A DNA stretch of 28,479 bases from a virus (lineage: Duplodnaviria; Caudoviricetes). Under the pieces are notes generated by a model. That model was given only the letters and a program-made list of their open reading frames with translations, was not told where the DNA came from and searched no databases. Position 1 is the first letter of the stretch; every line of letters starts with the position of its first letter. Location of the stretch: IMG/VR virus record IMGVR_UViG_3300048580_000763, positions 1 through 28,479 of that record; one strand, 5' to 3'. The translations under genes were made by a program, and so were the position numbers. This document shows positions 16,805 through 25,355 of the stretch, piece after piece.

Positions 16805-18999
16805 GCTGTCCTCCGCTTGCGGGCGACGGTCGATCCGTCGTCTGCGTCCGGGGTAACGGCCGGCGAGCCCTTGGCGGCAAGGAGGAGCGGGCGCCCGTCG
16901 AGCAGGTTGCCGACGTCCTCGATCAGCGTTGAGATCGGGAACGGCGGGAGCGCCCGCCTTGCCGCCTGACCGATGCTCGTCCGCTCGGCCACGCGCCCGT
17001 CGAGGCAGACGATCGCGCCTCGGTCGGTCGGCGACCGGATCAACCGGCCCGCCGCCTGCGCGAGCGCCGCCGCCATCTTCGGCAACGAGCGGGCGAGGAA
17101 CGGCGACCCGCCCATCCGTTTCGCCGCGACGTTGCCGGCGGCTTCTTCGAGCGGGTCGCCCGGCGGGTCGAACGGCAGCTTCTCGATCACGACGCAGGAC
17201 AAGCTCTCGCCCTGCACGTCGAGCCCCTCGAAGAACGAGCGTGTCGCGACGAGGATCGAGTGCGTGTCGTCGCGGAACCGGCGCGACAGAACGTCGCGCC
17301 CGGCCTCGCCTTGGACGAGCAGCGAGTAAGGCAGGCCGGCGCACCGGATCGCCTCGCTCGCCGCCTTCGCCCGCGCCCACGACGTACACAGGACGAGCGT
17401 CCGTCCCCTCGCCGCTCTGACCGCCTCGACGGCGCACCGGTCGGCCCAGCCGGACCAGAGCGGGTCTTTCGTGCTCGGCCCGACCGGCACGACGAGGACG
17501 CCCATCGAAGCCAAAGGCCACGGGCTCGGCAGAAGGAGGGTCGGCTCGGCGAACGTCGCCCCGAGCGCCGCCTCGGTCGGCCCCGCGTCCCCGCCGGGCG
17601 CGAGCGTGGCCGACGTGATCGAGCAGCGCGGGATCGACTTCTGGATCGCCTGAACCACCGCCCCGGCGTCCGCCGGCGCGCACGCGAGCGCGGCGCCGTC
17701 GTCCATGCTGCCGTCGATCTCAGCCCACGTCGCCCACTCGCCCGGAAGCGCGTTCGCGTCCGCAGCCGGCGGCCGACCGTCGAGCAGGGCGAGCGCCCGT
17801 TCGCGCAGTTGCCGTAGCTGGTCGATCGCGTGCTTCATGCGCTCGCGCTCGACGTCGTCCGACTGCCCGATCATCAGCGCCTCGATCGCACCCGCGGCCT
17901 GCCGGACGCCCTCGAAGTCGGCCTCGGTCGGCGCGCCCCTGACCGCGCCCGACCAGCCCGGCCGCAGCGGTCGCTTCTCGCCCGGTCGGCTGGCGCCCAT
18001 CTTTTCGAGGTAGGTACGCGCGGCCCTGACCGTCGCGCGGAACGGCTCGGCGACGAGGCGCTGCGCGTCCGCCTTCGGCATGACCTCCGACGCGAACCGG
18101 GCCGCCCTCGCCGCCGCCCCGCGGTTGATCCGCCGCTCACCCGCCCCGCGGCAGGCGTCCTCGAAGGCGTGCCCCTCGTCAACCACGAGCAGCGAGGTCG
18201 GGCCGAGCGCCGGGTAGCCGCGCGAGAGGAACGCGTGGTTCAGGACTACGATCTCGGCCGCCGCAGCCGCCGCCTTCGCCATTTCGGCCGGGCACGGGGC
18301 GAACCCCTCCTTCGGCTCGTGGTGCGGGCACCCCTTCGCCGCGCAGCCGTCGGTGTCGGTCGAGCACCTCCCCCACGCGATCGGCGTGACCGCAAACGGC
18401 GCGTGGTCCTTGTGCGCGTTCGACGGGTCGTCGAGCCCGTCGTACCAGTCGGCGATCTTGTCGATCTCAACCCGCGTCTCGGCGGTCGTGAACGCCCCGC
18501 CGAACGTCAGCCGCGCCTCGTTCAGCCGGAGCGGGCAGACGTAGTTCGACCGGCCGACGACGGTAGCGACCGACGTGCTCACACCGAGGATCGAGGCGGC
18601 GAGCGCGGCGTCCTTGTTCGTGATCTGGTTCTGCAGGGCGATGTTCGCCGTCGAGATCGCAAGGCGCCACGGCCGCTTGTCGGTCTTGTCCCAACGCGAC
18701 CGAGCCCGGCGGGTCGCGAGCAGGCCGGGGATCAAGTAGGCGAGCGACTTCCCGAGCCCCGTCGGCGCCTCGCCCATGCGCCAGCCGCCGCCGTTCGCGA
18801 CGCCCGCGACGCACCGGGCGATCATCGCGGCGAGCGCAGGCTGACCCTCGCGCGCCGGGAACCCGGCCTGCTCCATCGGGCCGCCGGGCGCGAACACGTC
18901 CGCGACGATGTCGGCGAGCGGCTCGTTCGTCTCCTCGGCCCGCCGAAGCAGGCCCGCGGTCCACGGCCGCTCCGAGTTCACAAGCTGCTTCGTCGCCAT
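16801..18999 (-). CDS. dinG: DinG/YoaA-family ATP-dependent helicase
   Basis: REGQ Q-motif, APTGLGKS, GRSNYVC plus Cys cluster (FeS), DEGH, SATL, EGLDVQG, QAAGRLIR. Confidence 0.92.
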   Translation of the reverse strand: MATKQLVNSERPWTAGLLRRAEETNEPLADIVADVFAPGGPMEQAGFPAREGQPALAAMIARCVAGVANGGGWRMGEAPTGLGKSLAYLIPGLLATRRARSRWDKTDKRPWRLAISTANIALQNQITNKDAALAASILGVSTSVATVVGRSNYVCPLRLNEARLTFGGAFTTAETRVEIDKIADWYDGLDDPSNAHKDHAPFAVTPIAWGRCSTDTDGCAAKGCPHHEPKEGFAPCPAEMAKAAAAAAEIVVLNHAFLSRGYPALGPTSLLVVDEGHAFEDACRGAGERRINRGAAARAARFASEVMPKADAQRLVAEPFRATVRAARTYLEKMGASRPGEKRPLRPGWSGAVRGAPTEADFEGVRQAAGAIEALMIGQSDDVERERMKHAIDQLRQLRERALALLDGRPPAADANALPGEWATWAEIDGSMDDGAALACAPADAGAVVQAIQKSIPRCSITSATLAPGGDAGPTEAALGATFAEPTLLLPSPWPLASMGVLVVPVGPSTKDPLWSGWADRCAVEAVRAARGRTLVLCTSWARAKAASEAIRCAGLPYSLLVQGEAGRDVLSRRFRDDTHSILVATRSFFEGLDVQGESLSCVVIEKLPFDPPGDPLEEAAGNVAAKRMGGSPFLARSLPKMAAALAQAAGRLIRSPTDRGAIVCLDGRVAERTSIGQAARRALPPFPISTLIEDVGNLLDGRPLLLAAKGSPAVTPDADDGSTVARKRRTA

Positions 19000-19040
19000 C
19001 ACGCCCTCTACGGTCGGGTAACGGTCGGACGGCCTCTCGA

Positions 19041-19143
19041 AACTTTCTTCACGAATCCGCAAGAAACTTCTCGACGATAACCGATAGCCGGTTATGATTG
19101 AGGGGCGGGAAGGAACCCGCGAACAACCCCGGACGACAAGATG
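19041..19143 (+). promoter_or_regulatory. conserved rightward leader, copy 2
   Basis: TCGACG-N16-TATGAT; perfect palindrome TAACCG-N5-CGGTTA (19078-19094); 20-bp identity with copy 1 (19102-19121); ACAAGATG. Confidence 0.75.
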
Positions 19144-19407
19144 AACGCCTCGAACCTCACCGCCGCCCTCCTCGCCCTCGCCTCCGCCGAGCGCGCCGCC
19201 AAGGCCGCCAAGGCGAACGCCGTCGGCGCATCTCGCGCGGCCGACGCCGCATATACCGCAGCATTCGGCACGGACCTCGGCTCCCCCGAGCGCGCCGCCG
19301 CCGCCAAGGCCGCCGCCGCCATCGACGCCGCCTCCGCCCGCTGCAACGACGCCCGGTGGGGCGTCATCCTCGCCGAGCGCGCCGTCGCCGCCGCCGAAGC
19401 GGCGTAA
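19141..19407 (+). CDS. Ala-rich hypothetical protein (88 aa), orphan plus-strand gene
   Basis: starts at the same point of the shared leader as the 9341 gene; strong GCC codon bias. Confidence 0.75.
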   Translation: MNASNLTAALLALASAERAAKAAKANAVGASRAADAAYTAAFGTDLGSPERAAAAKAAAAIDAASARCNDARWGVILAERAVAAAEAA

Positions 19408-19419
19408 CGGCCGGACGGC

Positions 19420-19698
19420 CTAATCGGGCAGCCGCCGCGCGTTCTGCGCGGCGACCACGTCGCCCGGCGCGCGTAGCAGCCGCACCTTGCCGAGCCACTC
19501 GACGGCGATCGGCTTCGCTGCGACGTCCTCGCGCGCGGTCCGGGCCTGATGCGCCTTCCACGCGACGAGGTCGCCCGCCCGCATCGCCCCCTCCGGGATC
19601 GACTCGACGACCACGCCTGCCTTCAACGTCACCCGCTCGCGCGGGTCGCCGTCGGGCTTGGCGACGAACTGCAGGTCGCGGACGACGCGCCAGCGCAC
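19420..19698 (-). CDS. hypothetical protein (92 aa)
   Basis: directly follows the 19702-20655 gene; beta-rich. Confidence 0.55.
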   Translation of the reverse strand: MRWRVVRDLQFVAKPDGDPRERVTLKAGVVVESIPEGAMRAGDLVAWKAHQARTAREDVAAKPIAVEWLGKVRLLRAPGDVVAAQNARRLPD

Positions 19699-19701
19699 AG
19701 G

Positions 19702-20655
19702 CTACGCCGCCGCCTCGTCGCGAGCGAGGTCGAGCGCCCGCGTCACCACCCGGTCGTCGATCACGAACTCGCCGGCCGGGCCGAACCCGACGCCGTCCTC
19801 GGCGTAGAGGTTCCCGCAGGCCTCGACGAGCGCCGCCCACGTCGGCTCGAACCCGTCGGCCGCGCACCCAGCGACGTAGCCGGCGAGCACGTCCTCGATC
19901 GTCTGCCCGTCGGGCGCGACCACCGCGATCGTCTGCGCGACGTCGTTGCTCGTGACGTAGACCGCCGGCTCGTCGGCCGCCGTGTCGCGAACGCAGAGCA
20001 TTTCGCCGCCGATACCGCTCGCGTCGGGAGTGACCGACTGCACCACGCCGCACACGTCGCGCCGCCCGCCGCCGGGAACGACGATCGAGCCGATCACGAC
20101 CAGCCCGACGCCGGACGGGCCGGAGCCGGACCAGCCGCGCCCGATGGCGCTCCGTCGGCCCGCGACCGCCCCGGCGCCGGGGAACATGGTCTGCTGAGCG
20201 TCGACCACCTCGCAGTCGACCTCGGCGTCGAGGCTCCGCATCAGCCGGGCGGCGTCGACGAGGTCGAGCCCCCGGATGCGGTGCCGAACCGTCATGGTCA
20301 CGAGCGGGCCGGCGACGCGGACGGTCACGCCACGCACCTCCGACTTCCGCGCGTTGACGATCAGCTTGCCGTTCGAGTCGGCGATGCTGATCCAACGGTC
20401 GCCGCGGTCGACCGCGTGCGCGAGCCGAGCGCGGGTCTGCGACCCGCTCGCCGACGAGGCGAGGGTCGCCGCGCCGGGAACCACCGCGTCGAGCCGGCCC
20501 ATGTCGGCGGCGTCGTTCGGGTCGAGCATGTGAGCCACGTCGGCGTCGAACAGCAGGTCGTCGGGGCCTGCGCCGTCAGGGTCGCGCCGCACGCTGAGCT
20601 TCTGAAGGGAGCCGCGCGCCTGCGCGGGAGAGGTCGACAGGTCTGGAACGGGCAA
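19702..20655 (-). CDS. hypothetical protein (317 aa)
   Basis: AAGGAG RBS before TTG; repeat motif at 20678-20688. Confidence 0.75.
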   Translation of the reverse strand: MPVPDLSTSPAQARGSLQKLSVRRDPDGAGPDDLLFDADVAHMLDPNDAADMGRLDAVVPGAATLASSASGSQTRARLAHAVDRGDRWISIADSNGKLIVNARKSEVRGVTVRVAGPLVTMTVRHRIRGLDLVDAARLMRSLDAEVDCEVVDAQQTMFPGAGAVAGRRSAIGRGWSGSGPSGVGLVVIGSIVVPGGGRRDVCGVVQSVTPDASGIGGEMLCVRDTAADEPAVYVTSNDVAQTIAVVAPDGQTIEDVLAGYVAGCAADGFEPTWAALVEACGNLYAEDGVGFGPAGEFVIDDRVVTRALDLARDEAAA

Positions 20656-20709
20656 GAGAACTCCTTGTGGCTAGCGAGGTAACGGGCGGGCGGCGTAGTT
20701 GGCGGAACG

Positions 20710-22965
20710 TCAGACCGGAATCCCGTCCGCGTCGAGCGTGACGTCGTCGCGCTCGTCCCGGTCGTGCCAAGACGGGACGGCCGGCTTCGGCGGCGCGACC
20801 TCGCCCGCCTCCTCGGCCGGCACCGTCCTACGGCGCCGGACAGGCCCCGTGCGGGCCTCGCCGTCGGCCCCGACGTCCACGGGCGCCCCCGGCGCGTTCG
20901 GCGGCGGCTTGCCCCCGAGGCGCGCGCCCATCGGCGTCTGCTCCCAGCCGTCGGCGTACCGGGTCGACTCGGGATCGAACGCGAGCCAGCAGGACGACCC
21001 AGCGAGCCCCCACTCGGCGCGCACCTTGTCGAAGTGCAGGCTCGTGCTCGGGAACGCCCGGCTCGGCGACGACGGGTTCCGCTCGACCACGATCACGGCC
21101 GCGGCCTCCTGCCGGATCGCACTCGCCCCTTTCAGGTCGCCCATCTGCACCCGGCGCTGCTGAGCGATGTTCTGGTTCGACGGGTGCGCGACCAGCCAGC
21201 ACGCCCAACCCTCGGACGTCGCCGCCAGCGCGAGCCCCTTCACGACCCGCTCGATCTCGTTCACCTTGTCCTTCGCGTCCGGGTCGACGAAGTACCCGAG
21301 GTGATCGAGCAGGGCGAACTTCACGTCGAGCCGCCGCACCGCGTAGCGGACCGTCGCGAGGATGTCGTCGTAGTTCGTCTGCCCGTGGTGCCCGACGACG
21401 TAGAGCGGCAAGGCGTCGAGGGCCGCCCACGCGGCGGCACGCTCGGCCGGCGTCGCCCGGCTGAAGTCGCCTCCGATCTGAAGCCGGAGCAGCTTCTCGG
21501 CGAACATGACGGGCGACTGCTCGAACGCGGTCGTGAGCGACGGGACTCCGATCCGAGCCCGCTCCCATGCCTGCCAACAGGTGAACGTCGTCTTGCCCGA
21601 GCCGCTGTCCCCGGTGACGATCGTTAGCCCCGGCCGGTCGCCGCCGAGGCACCGGTCGACCTTCGCCGAGCCCGTGGCATACCCGACCATGCGCTCGGGG
21701 TCGGCGATCCGCGCTTCGATCTCAGCCGCGAACGACGACGGCCGGACGATCGAGAGCCCGGTCATCGGCTTCGCCATCCGGACCGCCCGCTCGACCACCT
21801 CGCGCGCGATCCCACGCTCCACGCACTCGCCGGGGTCCTTGTGCGGCAGGACCACCCGCGCGCACTTGTCCCGGCCCAGCTTGCCCGCGAGCGCGTCCGC
21901 CCCCTTCTCGCCCGCCGTGTCGGGGTCGTAGAGCAGGACCGCTTGCTCGTAGGGTTCGATCTCGTCGAGCCATGCGTCGTCCCACTTCGCGGCCCCGGCG
22001 GTGCCCGACACGACGTTGCTCGTCCAACCGTACTGGTGGAGCGCGAGCACGTCGAACTCGCCCTCGGTGACGTAGACCGAGTGCTTCGCGTTGCCGTCGA
22101 GCCGGTCGGCCCCGAACAGCGGCAAGGGGCGACGAGGGAGCGCGAGGTATTTCGGCTTGTCCGGCGTCTTGCCGGTCCCGGCGCACCGCTCGCAGCCCTT
22201 CGACTCGCACGCCGGGCACGGGCCGGGCACCGCGCGGAGCTTCACGTTCTGGACGCGCTTGTCCCGGTCGTAGATTGGGATCGCGGCCCACAGGTCGAGC
22301 ACCTTCCCGCTCGCGTCGCGAACGACGACCGCCCCAACGCCGAACTCGCACAGCGTCTCCTCCGTGAGCCGCCGACGGTTGAGCAGGTACTCGCGGACCG
22401 GCGCCGCGCCGTCGTCGGCCCACAGCGTCGCCTCGATCTTCTCGACGATGTCCGGCCCCCACGGAAGCGCCCGGAACGCCGCGGACGCCCTGAGCTTGGT
22501 CGCCCGGTGCTCGGCGTCCTTGTGGTCCTCCGGCTGCGCGTCGTCGCCCTGCTCGTCGTCCTCGCTCGGCACCGACCGCTTCCGTCGGCCGCCGGCGTCG
22601 CCGCTCCCGGCACCTTCGATCGGGAGCACCCGGCCACGCCGGGCCGCAGGCGCCGCGCTCGGCTTCGCCGGCTCGCTGCCGAGGTCGACGCCCAACTCGG
22701 CGGCCAGCTTGCGGACCGCGTCGGGGAACGACACGCCCTCGCGCTTCTGGACCCACTCGAACACGCCGCCGCCCTCGCCACAGCCGAAACAATGGTAAAG
22801 GCCGGTCGACGGCGTGACGTGGAACGACGCAGACTTCTCGTTGTGGAACGGGCAGCAGCCGACGAGGTCGCGGCCCTCGCGTCGGAGGGTGACGGTCACC
22901 CCGATCATGGCGGCGAGGTCCGCGCGATCTCGGATCGCGTCGAGAACGTGCTTCGGGAACGACAT
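20710..22965 (-). CDS. fused DNA primase-helicase (CHC2 Zn finger, TOPRIM, DnaB/T7 gp4-like helicase)
   Basis: CPFHNEKSASF..YHCFGC, TEGEFDVL, YDPDTAG, GDSGSGKT, LDHL, VAHP, LKGASAIRQEA, KVR; ATG 22965 coupled to MTase stop. Confidence 0.93.
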   Translation of the reverse strand: MSFPKHVLDAIRDRADLAAMIGVTVTLRREGRDLVGCCPFHNEKSASFHVTPSTGLYHCFGCGEGGGVFEWVQKREGVSFPDAVRKLAAELGVDLGSEPAKPSAAPAARRGRVLPIEGAGSGDAGGRRKRSVPSEDDEQGDDAQPEDHKDAEHRATKLRASAAFRALPWGPDIVEKIEATLWADDGAAPVREYLLNRRRLTEETLCEFGVGAVVVRDASGKVLDLWAAIPIYDRDKRVQNVKLRAVPGPCPACESKGCERCAGTGKTPDKPKYLALPRRPLPLFGADRLDGNAKHSVYVTEGEFDVLALHQYGWTSNVVSGTAGAAKWDDAWLDEIEPYEQAVLLYDPDTAGEKGADALAGKLGRDKCARVVLPHKDPGECVERGIAREVVERAVRMAKPMTGLSIVRPSSFAAEIEARIADPERMVGYATGSAKVDRCLGGDRPGLTIVTGDSGSGKTTFTCWQAWERARIGVPSLTTAFEQSPVMFAEKLLRLQIGGDFSRATPAERAAAWAALDALPLYVVGHHGQTNYDDILATVRYAVRRLDVKFALLDHLGYFVDPDAKDKVNEIERVVKGLALAATSEGWACWLVAHPSNQNIAQQRRVQMGDLKGASAIRQEAAAVIVVERNPSSPSRAFPSTSLHFDKVRAEWGLAGSSCWLAFDPESTRYADGWEQTPMGARLGGKPPPNAPGAPVDVGADGEARTGPVRRRRTVPAEEAGEVAPPKPAVPSWHDRDERDDVTLDADGIPV

Positions 22966-24017
22966 CAGGAGCCCCCGAACAACCGGACCTGTCCCGCCGC
23001 CCTCGGTCGCATGTCCTCCCCGCGTATCTGCGCGAGCACCGGCCCGATGTAGTCCACCCCGTCCGCGTTCAGTTCGCACACGTCGTAGCCGCGCGCATCG
23101 GCCGGCGTCGTTCGCGCCAGCCACTCGCAGATCACAGCCTCGCGACAGGTGCCGCCGAACGGGACGAGCACGCGCTCACCGGGGCGGGTCGAGGCGCGGA
23201 TCATGCGCTCGGCGAACAGCAGGGGCTTTTGGCATTGGTGGAGAGGCGAACCGTCAGCGAGACGAAGCCGTTCCGGGCCGGCAACGGGCAGTTCAGCCCA
23301 AACATTCGTGGTCGCCATTGGGGGGGCGAATGGCGCCCTGATCTGCTCCCACTCTGAACGATGTCGAGCCCATATGTCCGCGTGTTCGGCGCGAAGATCG
23401 CCAAGTTCTCGATCAAGACCGGGAAGAAGTCGCTGAAGTTGCGCGTATCGCTCCGGGCTCGGAAGGCACCACTGCGTCCACGAGAACCAGTGTCTCGCCA
23501 TTCCGCGAACCCCGATCGCGTCGTCCACCTGCGCGTTCGTGAGCCCGGCGCGCTCTCGCGCTTCGTCGAGATACCGCCGAACGGGGTGCGCGTCTCCGCG
23601 CCGATTCCACAGATCAACCTCGCTGGGTTCCCGCTGGTAGAACCCAGCCACTTCCGTCACGTCGGGCCACCCGGTCAGCGCCTCGACGCCCTTCCCTGCA
23701 AGCGAGGCGATCCCCTTGTCCCACGTCACCAGCGCCCGAAACGTCCACCCCGCCGCCCGCATCACCGGGTCGAGCCGCGACCACCCCTCGGCGGTGTTCC
23801 ACAGGTAGACCGACGCCGACGGGGCGAGCAGGGCGGACACGCGGGCGACGTGCGGCGCGTACCAGTCGGCGAGGTCGTCAATGCTCACGCGATCCCATGC
23901 CGCCTTTCCCATGCCGTAGGGGCCGTCCACGATCGCGAGGGTGTAGCCGGGGGCGAGGTCGGCTTCGAGCCAGTCGCCGACGTGGATCGTCCCGGCGCTC
24001 AGGGCGTGCTTCGTCAT
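22965..24017 (-). CDS. DNA methyltransferase, N4/N6 (beta class) with HTH-like insert
   Basis: DGPY (motif IV), TWDK, NVW, HQCQKP..ERMIRASTRPGERVLVPFGGT (motif I). Confidence 0.88.
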   Translation of the reverse strand: MTKHALSAGTIHVGDWLEADLAPGYTLAIVDGPYGMGKAAWDRVSIDDLADWYAPHVARVSALLAPSASVYLWNTAEGWSRLDPVMRAAGWTFRALVTWDKGIASLAGKGVEALTGWPDVTEVAGFYQREPSEVDLWNRRGDAHPVRRYLDEARERAGLTNAQVDDAIGVRGMARHWFSWTQWCLPSPERYAQLQRLLPGLDRELGDLRAEHADIWARHRSEWEQIRAPFAPPMATTNVWAELPVAGPERLRLADGSPLHQCQKPLLFAERMIRASTRPGERVLVPFGGTCREAVICEWLARTTPADARGYDVCELNADGVDYIGPVLAQIRGEDMRPRAAGQVRLFGGS

Positions 24018-24026
24018 ATTTCCTCG

Positions 24027-24692
24027 TTAGGTCGCCGGGCGGCGCGGGCGGCGTAGGTGGTCGGTCGGCGCGTAGCCGAGCGAGGCGTTGGGTCCAAGGT
24101 CGATCTCGTCGACGCCGGGGGAGCCCGTGGCCGCCGACAGGGTAACGGGCGGCGCGTCCACCCTCGTCGGTTTCGCCGCTTTTGCGAGATCGACTCGCCC
24201 GTGGAGCTTGTCGGCCCGCAGGATGCCGGCGAGCGACGTGACGCCCTTCGAGCGCAGGAACCGCGCCCGGTCGTCCTGCCCGAGCAGGACCCACTCGATC
24301 ACCCGGATCGTCGCGGGACACCCGACCGCTTCGATCGCGGACAAGATCGGAGCGGCAAGGACGGGTGACAACTCGACGTCGGAGCCGGTCAGCGACCGCC
24401 AGCGCATGAACGCCGCGATCGCACGCACGTCGACGTCAGGCTCCATCGAGAACTCCGCGTAGGCTTGGAACTTCGACCGCCACAGTAGCGTGTCGACGTC
24501 GCCGCGCGCGCGCAGGAACGCGGCCCGCTCGTGCTTCGACTCGGCGACCCACTGGCCGACACGAACCACGGCCTCGGCGCCGTGCTCGGCAACGCGAGCC
24601 CTGAGACGATCGCGGCGCGCCCCGGTGAGAGCGCGCCGCCGATCTGCCGGGAGGAAGGCGCAGAGCGCCGACCAAATGGCGTTCTCGTCCAT
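24027..24692 (-). CDS. phage replication protein with two tandem initiator C-terminal-like repeats
   Basis: LT..RR.RLRAR..EHG...RAAFLR..DTLL..SKFQAY followed by a similar second unit (RVIEWV..RARFLR..GILRADK); sits between SSB and primase-helicase. Confidence 0.65.
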   Translation of the reverse strand: MDENAIWSALCAFLPADRRRALTGARRDRLRARVAEHGAEAVVRVGQWVAESKHERAAFLRARGDVDTLLWRSKFQAYAEFSMEPDVDVRAIAAFMRWRSLTGSDVELSPVLAAPILSAIEAVGCPATIRVIEWVLLGQDDRARFLRSKGVTSLAGILRADKLHGRVDLAKAAKPTRVDAPPVTLSAATGSPGVDEIDLGPNASLGYAPTDHLRRPRRPAT

Positions 24693-24695
24693 CGC

Positions 24696-25325
24696 CTAGA
24701 ACGGAATCTCGCTGTCGTCGGCGCCGCCGCCGTCGAACGGCATCCCCGTGTCGTCGGCCTGACGCGCAGGACGCGCGCCGCCGCTGGACCCGGACCCACC
24801 GCCCGACCGCTTGCCCGCGGCCTTGTCGGCGGCCTCCTTCGCCTTCTTCTCGCCGGCTTCGATCAGGTCGTCGAAGTCGTCGCCCCACGCGCCGCCGTAG
24901 GGCTTGAAGTCGGTGATCTTCGCCTTCACGCCGGTCGTGCCGTCGTTCTTGGTGTAGCTCTCGCGGGCGACCGTCACGACGACCGCCACCGCCTCGCCGG
25001 CGTCGTTGAGCATGAGCCGCTTCTGCATCGCCTTGTGATCGCGCTCGTCGAACGGCGCCATGTTCTTGACCGCGCGGCACACCTTGGCGAGCCGCCAGCC
25101 CATGTTCGCCGACGTCATCACGTCGTCGAACAGGAGCGACCCCTTGTCGCCCTTCTCGCCGGGCGCCGCGACGCGGTCCTGCAAGATCACGAGGGTCGTC
25201 GGGAAATACGGGTTGCCGTTCTTGGTGGTCTGCTCGGTTGCCACGCGTACCCACGCGGCCACCTTGTCGCCTGCGGTCGGCGGCTCGAAGTTCTTGTCGG
25301 GGTGCTGGTTCGGGTCGAAAGCCAT
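24696..25325 (-). CDS. single-stranded DNA-binding protein (DUF669-like)
   Basis: TTKNGNPY, ESY..DG..KAKI, Gly-rich linker and acidic DDSEIPF tail; AGGAG RBS; follows Sak4-like gene. Confidence 0.8.
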   Translation of the reverse strand: MAFDPNQHPDKNFEPPTAGDKVAAWVRVATEQTTKNGNPYFPTTLVILQDRVAAPGEKGDKGSLLFDDVMTSANMGWRLAKVCRAVKNMAPFDERDHKAMQKRLMLNDAGEAVAVVVTVARESYTKNDGTTGVKAKITDFKPYGGAWGDDFDDLIEAGEKKAKEAADKAAGKRSGGGSGSSGGARPARQADDTGMPFDGGGADDSEIPF

Positions 25326-25355
25326 GTCGATATCTCCTGAGTTGGTTGGTTGGGT

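Noticed and set aside
15482-17683. ORF-track N-terminal extensions (733-aa WecB, 636-aa AAA, 804-aa primase, 650-aa terminase, 301-aa QueE) as fusion proteins
   Set aside because: The extensions are Arg-rich off-frame overlaps of upstream genes; internal starts have an RBS or stop-start coupling
25341-25355. GTTG x3 microrepeat upstream of SSB as origin/iteron
   Set aside because: Too short; more likely an unstructured A/C-rich translation leader before AGGAG
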